Assembly (NCBI GenBank): GCA_022897995.1
Contig: GCA_022897995.1_4763.1
Length of the DNA: 64,000 nt
Origin: a phage
Strand: one strand, 5' to 3'
How positions within the stretch are numbered: position 1 is the first letter of the stretch; every line of letters starts with the position of its first letter. The notes beneath the pieces were generated by a model. It saw only the letters and a list, made by a program, of their open reading frames with translations. It did no database searches and was not told the origin of the DNA. The position numbers and the translations under genes are program-made. Shown here piece by piece: positions 19,161-26,284 of the stretch.

Positions 19161-19550
19161 ATGTTTAAATTATCTCAAAGAAGCAAAGATCGGCTTGTTG
19201 GTGTACATCCAGACCTGGTAAAAGTCGTTCATCGTGCATTAGAACTGACTCCGGTCGATTTTGGTATTACGGAAGGTGTGCGTAGTCTCGCAACGCAAAA
19301 GAAATATGTTGCGGAAGGTAAATCTAAGACTATGAAATCTCGTCATCTTCATGGTTTCGCGGTTGACGTTGTAGCGTATCCGAAAGATAAGGATACATGG
19401 AACATGAAATATTACCGCATGATCGCTGATGCATTTAAACAAGCTGGTCGAGAATTGGGTGTTCCTGTTGAATGGGGCGGGGATTGGACCAGTTTCAAAG
19501 ATGGTCCTCATCTACAATTGCCTCACAGCAAATACCCAGATCCACAATAA
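19161..19550 (+). CDS. endolysin, L-alanyl-D-glutamate peptidase (M15 / T5-endolysin-like)
   Basis: Motifs SRHLHGFAVDV and EWGGDW...GPHLQL match the zinc peptidase M15 signature; sits where T4 has gene e. Confidence 0.75.
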   Translation: MFKLSQRSKDRLVGVHPDLVKVVHRALELTPVDFGITEGVRSLATQKKYVAEGKSKTMKSRHLHGFAVDVVAYPKDKDTWNMKYYRMIADAFKQAGRELGVPVEWGGDWTSFKDGPHLQLPHSKYPDPQ

Positions 19551-19611
19551 TTATTAACCATCAACGGGGAGACAATCTAAGGATCTCTCCCCGTTCACTG
19601 GAGACTTGACA

Positions 19612-20097
19612 ATGAATATTGATGTAAAATTAGAAAGTAAAGATTTGATTTATGCTGCGTGTGTTTCTGCCGTAGATGGCATCATAGAACGCCGTAAGCG
19701 ACGCAATTTTGCTGATGACCTAGATTCCATCGTCTCAATCAATTTAGGCCGTCAGACAGGGCATACAGACGCTACAATCAAGTTATATGACCATTATACG
19801 CGAAAAGGCTATAGTGTCTTTATCGTCTCAACGACGCGGGAACATGTCAAAACGATCCGAGATCGCGGTCGCGGTGAAAATGTAAATATTTCAAATGTAG
19901 ATTGCACGTCGATCCGAACTTTCCTGAATCCGATCACATGGCGAGGTCGTAGTCTTGACAGAACAATTTTTATCCTAGATACTACCATGCGCGGATTTAC
20001 TGACAGCGTATTGCAGTTTTTAGAGTTAAATCGACGTAGTGTTGGGGTGGGTAATGTAGAAGACCAACCTATTTTCATTGGCTTAGGTATCAACTAA
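19612..20097 (+). CDS. hypothetical protein
   Basis: 163-aa ORF; no recognisable motif. Confidence 0.45.
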   Translation: MNIDVKLESKDLIYAACVSAVDGIIERRKRRNFADDLDSIVSINLGRQTGHTDATIKLYDHYTRKGYSVFIVSTTREHVKTIRDRGRGENVNISNVDCTSIRTFLNPITWRGRSLDRTIFILDTTMRGFTDSVLQFLELNRRSVGVGNVEDQPIFIGLGIN

Positions 20098-20222
20098 TGA
20101 AAAATAAAGATAGCGTAGCTCGTCGATTTCGTGCTACAATTAAAAAGAATCGTAAAGTCCAACCTGATAAACTCTATGGTGTTTTGGTTGGAAAAGTTAA
20201 TGACGAACGTCCTGATCTATAA
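20097..20222 (+). CDS. small basic hypothetical protein (41 aa)
   Basis: MKNKDSVARRFRATIKKNRK...; coupled ATGA start. Confidence 0.25.
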   Translation: MKNKDSVARRFRATIKKNRKVQPDKLYGVLVGKVNDERPDL

Positions 20223-20232
20223 GAGGTGAATT

Positions 20233-20649
20233 ATGGAATTTAAAGCAATTCAAATCATGAAAGGTGAGCATAAAGGTACTATTATCGGTGGATATTTCGC
20301 CCCTATGATTCTGGTATCCGAACCTAAAGCACTGATCGGCGCTAAAGTAATTGTTAGTAAAACTTTCGCAGAAGACCATGTGATCACCGCAGAAGACGTC
20401 GATTCGCTGGCACTGCACACAACTAGCTTCCGTCCTGTTATTGTAGATAATGGTGCTCCTGTTGTCGAGGGAGGCCAGCATTTGAATGTTAACGTATTGT
20501 TACGAGAAATGTTGCTGGACGCGGTTGAACATCCTGAGAAGTACCCGCAGCTTACAATTCGCGTTTCTGGTTACGCAGTGCGCTTCAATAGTCTGACTCC
20601 AGACCAGCAGCGTGACGTTATCGCGCGTACCTTTACCGAATCTCTCTAA
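20233..20649 (+). CDS. grcA: autonomous glycyl radical cofactor (GrcA/YfiD-like)
   Basis: C-terminal [25 protein letters not shown] is the glycyl-radical signature; size (138 aa) matches GrcA. Confidence 0.8.
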   Translation: MEFKAIQIMKGEHKGTIIGGYFAPMILVSEPKALIGAKVIVSKTFAEDHVITAEDVDSLALHTTSFRPVIVDNGAPVVEGGQHLNVNVLLREMLLDAVEHPEKYPQLTIRVSGYAVRFNSLTPDQQRDVIARTFTESL

Positions 20650-20657
20650 TTTTTCAT

Positions 20658-20692
20658 CAAGCCAATCCGAAAAGGGTTGGCTTTTTCGTTTT
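20658..20692 (+). terminator. rho-independent terminator
   Basis: agccaatccgaaaagggttggct hairpin plus T-run. Confidence 0.55.
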
Positions 20693-20735
20693 ATGATGAT
20701 ATGATGCAATCTCTTAATCAACTGAGGGTTTAATT

Positions 20736-21434
20736 ATGCATACAATGGTTAAAATGGTCTTCGGATCTCACTTATACGGCCTTGATACTGAAAATTCCGA
20801 TAAAGATTATCGAGGTATCTTTGTTCCGACTGCGAAAGAAATTATTTTAGGATCGATGAAAGAACACTATGACCAAAGCACTAGCGGTCAAGGTATCAAG
20901 AACACCAAAGACGATATTGATGTTAATATGTTCAGTCTAAAAAGGTTTATCAATCTGGCATGTAAAGGTGATATTGGCGCTATTGACATGGTGCACGCGC
21001 CTAGTAACATGTTGATTGAATCCTCCAGAGAATGGGAATACATCCGAACACATCGCGATAAATTCTATCATGTTGGTATGTGGGGTTGTTCTGGCTATCT
21101 CAAAAAGCAGGTAGCCAAATCTGAAAAGTATTTCAGTAACTGGAAAGATCTTTCTCATGCTCTGCGTGTTGGTTATCAGCTACTTGAAATCTATCAGACA
21201 GGTGATCTACAATTCCCGCTCGCGCGACGTTCTTCTATTTTAGCGTGTAAGTTAGGAGAAAGAACCTTTGATAATGTGCGGGAAGAATTGAAAGATCTCT
21301 ACGAGCGTGTTAAACTCGCGCGTGAAGAGGCAAAGAAAAACGGTATGCCGGAAGAACCAGATGTTGACTTTTGGAAAGATTTATTAGAATATATTCATCT
21401 GACCGTTGTTCTGGAACACTATACCCGTGGTTAG
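20736..21434 (+). CDS. Pol-beta superfamily nucleotidyltransferase-like protein
   Basis: N-terminal FGSHLYGLDTENSDKDYRGIFV fits the hG[GS]x9-13 D-x-D NTase motif; 232 aa with helical C-terminus. Confidence 0.55.
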   Translation: MHTMVKMVFGSHLYGLDTENSDKDYRGIFVPTAKEIILGSMKEHYDQSTSGQGIKNTKDDIDVNMFSLKRFINLACKGDIGAIDMVHAPSNMLIESSREWEYIRTHRDKFYHVGMWGCSGYLKKQVAKSEKYFSNWKDLSHALRVGYQLLEIYQTGDLQFPLARRSSILACKLGERTFDNVREELKDLYERVKLAREEAKKNGMPEEPDVDFWKDLLEYIHLTVVLEHYTRG

Positions 21435-21455
21435 TTAATATAGGAGATTAAGAAA

Positions 21456-21650
21456 ATGCAAGTTTATACCAATAGCAATAAAGGCAATGATATCACACCG
21501 GGAAAGATGTATGATTTTACCCCGGCACGAGACGACGAACATCCACCGACTATCGGGTATATTGAAGATGATGCGGGGTTTCGTATTACGATCCTTCTTG
21601 ATGGTGGATGTTCTCATCTTCGCGGTGATCGTTGGGAGTTAGTACCATGA
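21456..21650 (+). CDS. small paralog family member A
   Basis: 64 aa; shares the C[SA]HL[RD]G/Y-x-W-x-[LI]V C-terminal motif with the next two ORFs. Confidence 0.5.
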   Translation: MQVYTNSNKGNDITPGKMYDFTPARDDEHPPTIGYIEDDAGFRITILLDGGCSHLRGDRWELVP

Positions 21651-21892
21651 TGTATGTGATGACACCTTATAGTAACCGCAAGTATATTACACCAAATGCA
21701 CTGTATGAATATACACCACATGAAAGATTTGCGAATAGTGGTTATATCCGTGATGATAAGGGACACCAGATTTTTATTTGTCTTAAAAATTGTGCACACT
21801 TAGACGGTCGAACATGGACACTGGTCGAAGAACCAAAACAACCTGAGAATAAAGGTCTTTGGAATGTGCTAAAAAAATTCTTGAAAAAGTAG
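21647..21892 (+). CDS. small paralog family member B
   Basis: Paralog of 21456 and 21950 (NCAHLDGRTWTLV). Confidence 0.5.
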   Translation: MMYVMTPYSNRKYITPNALYEYTPHERFANSGYIRDDKGHQIFICLKNCAHLDGRTWTLVEEPKQPENKGLWNVLKKFLKK

Positions 21893-21921
21893 TTGACAGC
21901 ATGAAACGGGGGTAGTAATAT
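21893..21921 (+). promoter_or_regulatory. early promoter with stem-loop (PeSL-type)
   Basis: TTGACA, inverted repeat gggggtagtaatataccccc, TAATAT; near-identical to the element at 13773. Confidence 0.6.
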
Positions 21922-21949
21922 ACCCCCATCGAAACAAAGGAGTATTAAA

Positions 21950-22288
21950 ATGAGTGTTAAAGAAGTATTTGTTTATACTGACTATGACAGGTGCGCCTAT
22001 CTCACTGCTGGAAAACTTTACCGTTGTGAGATTATTCATGGTACGCTAGGTCGAATTATGTGCGATCCGATTACAAAATTGTGGAAAAACAATCCTAGTG
22101 AGCGAGAAACTATTATTAACCTAGATTCAGACGGTTGTTCACATTTGGACTATAGAAAATGGCATATCGTGACACATGATGCTTATGGTATTCATCTTGC
22201 TACTAAAGAATTGACTATTGACAAGTTCAAGTTTAAAGAAATCCCGTTTGTATACTGGCTTCGCAATTTGTTTAAGAAAGGAGAATAA
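21950..22288 (+). CDS. small paralog family member C
   Basis: Paralog (DGCSHLDYRKWHIV). Confidence 0.5.
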   Translation: MSVKEVFVYTDYDRCAYLTAGKLYRCEIIHGTLGRIMCDPITKLWKNNPSERETIINLDSDGCSHLDYRKWHIVTHDAYGIHLATKELTIDKFKFKEIPFVYWLRNLFKKGE

Positions 22289-22289
22289 A

Positions 22290-22712
22290 ATGGAAACAAT
22301 TAATGTACACGTTCGCCGTAGCAAGCTGCGCAGATTCTTCGAAGCTGAAATGCGTAAGACTAACGCACAAATCAAAGAAAAGTGCTTGAATAATGGTTAC
22401 GGTGAGTATATTTTCATTCGCTTTAGTCCGCATATGATCGACCGTCTAACCGACCGCCATATCGATGAACATAAGACAATGGAACTATTCAATAAGGTAG
22501 AAACTCGTTTGCCGGAGATATTCGACTTCCTGAAAATGGAAGACCGACCTAATCGATTAGAAATTACTGACGGTAACATGTGGATCGGGATGACAGTAGA
22601 TCTAATCGAAGACGGTAAACCGTATCACGGTCTATGCTGCCGAATGATTATAGAGAATCCAAAACGACTGGCGGGTAAAATGTCGGCTGTTGTTTTGAAA
22701 GTGGACCAATAA
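22290..22712 (+). CDS. regB: RegB sequence-specific endoribonuclease
   Basis: METINVHVRRSKLRRFFEAEM ... RPNRLEITDGNMWIGMTV ... CRMIIENPKRLAGK matches T4 RegB as I recall it; located between e and tk as in T4. Confidence 0.75.
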   Translation: METINVHVRRSKLRRFFEAEMRKTNAQIKEKCLNNGYGEYIFIRFSPHMIDRLTDRHIDEHKTMELFNKVETRLPEIFDFLKMEDRPNRLEITDGNMWIGMTVDLIEDGKPYHGLCCRMIIENPKRLAGKMSAVVLKVDQ

Positions 22713-22734
22713 TGGAGATTGGTTAAAATAATGC

Positions 22735-22763
22735 TTGACTTTCTGGTGATAGGGCTATATTAT
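22735..22763 (+). promoter_or_regulatory. candidate sigma70-type promoter
   Basis: TTGACT, 17 bp spacer, TATTAT upstream of 22798. Confidence 0.35.
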
Positions 22764-22797
22764 GGAATCAGAAAGTTAAGCCAAACAGGAGAAATTA

Positions 22798-23388
22798 ATG
22801 TTAAAAGTTCTAAAAGCGATAGTATTGAGTCTGTCACTAGCCGTTGGTGCTACACACGCATCGACTAGCGCACCGATCAAAAAAGCGCCGATAGACAACT
22901 TTACAGCACACCAACTAGATAATTTACATTTCGCCTATCAATACGGCGAGCAATTCGAGAAAAGCGGTAAGTTGAAAAAGGACCATCCGAATATTCGCTA
23001 TAACGGAAAGGGTTTAGGTCACATCCTGGCGGGTATCGCATGGCAAGAATCAAGCGCGGGTGCAAACTTAGCACCAAAGAAAAATCATCATGCTTATGGA
23101 TTATTTCAAAATTACCTTAAAACGGTGAAAGCGAAAAATGCAAAGCGCGGTGTTAAAATGAGTGATCGCCAGACTATCAACTTTATCATGAATCGCGAGG
23201 TTTCTGCATTCTACGCGATGGATGAGTTAGCATACTGGCTGGATGTTCGAAACGGTAATATCCGACTCGCGCTGGCTTCTTACAATGCTGGATGGAACTA
23301 TAAAGCCGGTTTAGGTTATGCTGATGACGTATTAAAAAAAGCTAACCATCTAAAGAGTAAAGGCATTCTTAAAACTAAACGCTATTGA
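22798..23388 (+). CDS. secreted soluble lytic transglycosylase (SLT domain) protein
   Basis: Signal peptide (MLKVLKAIVLSLSLAVGATHAS); SLT motifs WQESS, GLFQ, SYNAGW. Confidence 0.65.
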   Translation: MLKVLKAIVLSLSLAVGATHASTSAPIKKAPIDNFTAHQLDNLHFAYQYGEQFEKSGKLKKDHPNIRYNGKGLGHILAGIAWQESSAGANLAPKKNHHAYGLFQNYLKTVKAKNAKRGVKMSDRQTINFIMNREVSAFYAMDELAYWLDVRNGNIRLALASYNAGWNYKAGLGYADDVLKKANHLKSKGILKTKRY

Positions 23389-23395
23389 GGAATAT

Positions 23396-23755
23396 ATGAA
23401 AAAGTTGACAATAATTGCTATGATTGCTATGATGTTCTCTGCTGGTGCGCTTGCTAGTAATGAGCGCCCTTATCCAAAGTTCGAATACAAAGGATTTGAG
23501 ATCAACAAAAAGATCATTAAAACCTTCTGTGATGATGATAACATGTGTAGCGATTTTATCGCACTTGAACTCGACGAAGCCTATAAACAAGGCCGAGATG
23601 AAAAACGAAAAAATCGAGCATGGGATCTGAGTATTGCCAGCTTTGCTAAAACAAAACGCAACCTGTGTGATACTGCCCCTGATAAGCAATTATGCTTTGC
23701 TTATCGCGACACACTGTTAAGCCGTTTTATGGCTGGGTTGTCTTCCCGTGACTAA
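23396..23755 (+). CDS. secreted/periplasmic hypothetical protein
   Basis: Signal peptide MKKLTIIAMIAMMFSAGALAS; several Cys. Confidence 0.5.
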   Translation: MKKLTIIAMIAMMFSAGALASNERPYPKFEYKGFEINKKIIKTFCDDDNMCSDFIALELDEAYKQGRDEKRKNRAWDLSIASFAKTKRNLCDTAPDKQLCFAYRDTLLSRFMAGLSSRD

Positions 23756-23770
23756 TGAGAGGTTTATATT

Positions 23771-24226
23771 ATGATTATTGATACTGTAAAGGGCGATCTC
23801 ATCGCCCTGTTTAAACAAGGAAACGGTCATTTAATTCATGGTTGTAATTGTTTTCATACTATGGGCGCTGGTATTGCTGCGAAGATCGCGAAAGAGTTCC
23901 CGCAAGCATTGGCTACTGACAAAAAGACACCGAGAGGAACGGCTAGTAAGCTAGGCGAGTTCAATGTTTGGCATCATACCGTTAATGGTTATAACTGGAT
24001 GGGTATTAATCTTTATACGCAATTCCGCCCAGGACCAAATGCTGAATATTCCGCTATCATCCGTGGATTCGAACAACTTAACTTCGCATTTGAAGGTACT
24101 GTTAAGCCGTTCTATATTCCTAAAATTGGTTGTGGGATTGGTGGCCTAGAATGGGAATGCGTAGAAGAAATCATTAATGATTTTACGCCGGATATCAATA
24201 TTGTGGTGGTGGAATATGACAAATAA
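23771..24226 (+). CDS. macrodomain protein (TARG1/DarG-like ADP-ribose binding/hydrolase fold)
   Basis: VKGDLIALF..HGCNC..MGAGIA...PKIGCGIGGLEWECV aligns with human TARG1 (ITYVKGDLFA..HCISEDCRMGAGIA...PRIGCGLDRLQWENV) as I recall it. Confidence 0.75.
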   Translation: MIIDTVKGDLIALFKQGNGHLIHGCNCFHTMGAGIAAKIAKEFPQALATDKKTPRGTASKLGEFNVWHHTVNGYNWMGINLYTQFRPGPNAEYSAIIRGFEQLNFAFEGTVKPFYIPKIGCGIGGLEWECVEEIINDFTPDINIVVVEYDK

Positions 24227-24410
24227 AAATGATCTCTATTCCGGTGATTGGGTGAAACGTCAATCTGTAGAAAACGTAACTTGTTTTCGTTGTTTCACTG
24301 AATACAATATAAAAACCGCTCCTGTTAGTGTTCCAAAGACAGACGGGTATTATATTAAAGAACCGCATTGCCCTAAATGTAAATGTCGATTATATTGGAG
24401 TCATCTATGA
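24216..24410 (+). CDS. small Cys-rich protein (zinc-ribbon-like)
   Basis: CFRCF...CPKCKC pattern. Confidence 0.4.
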   Translation: MTNKNDLYSGDWVKRQSVENVTCFRCFTEYNIKTAPVSVPKTDGYYIKEPHCPKCKCRLYWSHL

Positions 24411-24625
24411 AGAAGCCTAATACCGCTCACATGAAAGAAAACTGCCGATGTGTTAGATGTGGTTGGCCTATTATCTTCACTTGCTGTAACGACGACATGC
24501 AGCGTTTACCGTGGGGAATGTGGGATTGGTGGATGTATTGTAGCAATAAAGGATGCATCCACCACGAAGGCGAAGGAGTATTTCAGGAAACGCCTGATTG
24601 GGTGGAGGTGATAGAAAATGCTTGA
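24407..24625 (+). CDS. small Cys/Trp-rich protein
   Basis: CRCVRCGW...CCND...YCSNKGCIHHEGEG. Confidence 0.4.
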   Translation: MKKPNTAHMKENCRCVRCGWPIIFTCCNDDMQRLPWGMWDWWMYCSNKGCIHHEGEGVFQETPDWVEVIENA

Positions 24626-24911
24626 GACTATCATTAACCTTGTTATGTGGACTTTTAATTTCGTTATTGTTATTGTGGCGGGTATTGAGATTGTCAAGCA
24701 ATATCTGATACAATCCAGAAATAAACATGTTGTAATTGATATGGACTCTCAAGGAAATAAGCTGATCCTGCTAGAAGACGGTCGGGAATATTGGGTAGGT
24801 TATCCAAAGACACTACGCGGATTTATCTTTGCTATGGGTGTTTGCTTCTTTTTCCTTTGTATCTGGGTTTATGTTGGTTTAGGTCTTGCTGGATTTTTGG
24901 AGATTAATTAA
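24618..24911 (+). CDS. small membrane protein
   Basis: Two hydrophobic segments; ATGA coupling into tk. Confidence 0.45.
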   Translation: MLETIINLVMWTFNFVIVIVAGIEIVKQYLIQSRNKHVVIDMDSQGNKLILLEDGREYWVGYPKTLRGFIFAMGVCFFFLCIWVYVGLGLAGFLEIN

Positions 24912-25507
24912 TGGCACAACTATACTTCTACTATGCATCTATGAACGCTGGTAAGTCTACTTCCTTATTACAAAGTGCTTATAACTATACAGAACGTGAT
25001 ATGCGAGTATTAATTCTTAAACCAGCGATTGACAATCGAGATTCAGAAAGTGAAGTTGTTTCCCGAATTGGTCTAAGTGCTCCAGCGATCACATTCACTA
25101 AATCGGATGATCTTTTCGATTTGGTTTATCGTGAATCACTAGGTAAGCGTAGACCGGATCGCTGGCGTCCAGATGCTGTATTTGTAGATGAAGCCCAATT
25201 TATGACTAAAGAGCATGTTTTAGGCTTGTGTGCGCTTGTTGATGATGCAAATATCCCTGTACTGTGCTATGGCCTTCGCACCGACTTTCAGGGCAATCTA
25301 TTTGAAGGATCTGCGGCATTAATGGCATTTGCTGATAAACTGGTCGAAATGAAGGGTATTTGTCATTGTGGCAAGAAAGCGACTATGGTCCTTCGCGTAG
25401 ATAAAGATGGTAATGTTATTCGCGATGGTGCTCAAATAGAAGTTGGTGCAGAGGATAAATATGTTTCTGTGTGCCGTAAACATTTTATTGACGGTACTAC
25501 CAACTAA
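24911..25507 (+). CDS. tk: thymidine kinase
   Basis: ASMNAGKSTSLL P-loop, FVDEAQF, YGLRTDF, CHCGKKA match T4 Tk. Confidence 0.9.
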   Translation: MAQLYFYYASMNAGKSTSLLQSAYNYTERDMRVLILKPAIDNRDSESEVVSRIGLSAPAITFTKSDDLFDLVYRESLGKRRPDRWRPDAVFVDEAQFMTKEHVLGLCALVDDANIPVLCYGLRTDFQGNLFEGSAALMAFADKLVEMKGICHCGKKATMVLRVDKDGNVIRDGAQIEVGAEDKYVSVCRKHFIDGTTN

Positions 25508-25525
25508 GAGTTAATCATAAATAAA

Positions 25526-25567
25526 GCCCCAGATTATAAATATAACTGAATATTTTCAATCTGGGGG
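25526..25567 (+). promoter_or_regulatory. hairpin enclosing a T4 late promoter motif (TATAAATA at 25535-25542)
   Basis: Inverted repeat gccccagatt / aatctggggg flanks TATAAATA about 35 nt upstream of the 25576 ATG. Confidence 0.45.
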
Positions 25568-25575
25568 AATGACTT

Positions 25576-25878
25576 ATGTCATTTATTCGTAAAACTCTAA
25601 CAGCGGCAATATGCTTGACTGCGGTCGGAAGCGTCAGTGCTGATCAATATGATCCAACTGGTGACTTTACTGATTATTTCGACGGTGCAATGATAGTATA
25701 TGTAAACAAAATATCTCCTTCCATTGAAACCAGCCAGAAATTTCATGCCCATATTATGAAGATGTATGCTCGTAGTAAATGTATGGATTCTAAGCAGTGT
25801 TTTATTATGGGGGAATATGCCGCACAACAATTTGTTATGTTGCATAATGTGGAGAATCGAGAACATGAAATTCAGTGA
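25576..25878 (+). CDS. secreted hypothetical protein
   Basis: Signal peptide MSFIRKTLTAAICLTAVGSVSA. Confidence 0.5.
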   Translation: MSFIRKTLTAAICLTAVGSVSADQYDPTGDFTDYFDGAMIVYVNKISPSIETSQKFHAHIMKMYARSKCMDSKQCFIMGEYAAQQFVMLHNVENREHEIQ

Positions 25879-26263
25879 TTTTCGAAAGACTTCCGAAGAG
25901 GGAAAAGCTAATAAAGTTGACCGCTTTATCGGTGAATGTCTGATGAGTGTTACTTATATGCATTCTGCGCATTTTGGGGTAACTGGTCCTGGATCTTATG
26001 CAAAACATAAGGCTCTAGAAGAGTTCTATCTTGAAATGCAAGAATTGGTTGATAATTTCACTGAAACCAATATTGGGATCACTGGTCGTTATCAGCCAAC
26101 GTTGGTCGTCCGCAAGGAGATTAGCGAAATTGCCTATTTGCAAGAGTTAACGCAAATGGCTAGTGAGATTTATAATGATGTTGATAGCTCGTTACAGAGC
26201 GTTTTAGACGATATCAAAGTTCTATGCTTTAAAACCATTTATAAACTCACTCGACTGGCTTAA
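25865..26263 (+). CDS. hypothetical protein
   Basis: ATG after GGAGAATCGAGAAC; 132 aa. Confidence 0.45.
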   Translation: MKFSDFRKTSEEGKANKVDRFIGECLMSVTYMHSAHFGVTGPGSYAKHKALEEFYLEMQELVDNFTETNIGITGRYQPTLVVRKEISEIAYLQELTQMASEIYNDVDSSLQSVLDDIKVLCFKTIYKLTRLA

Positions 26264-26284
26264 TGCCAGTCACAAGGGGGATAC

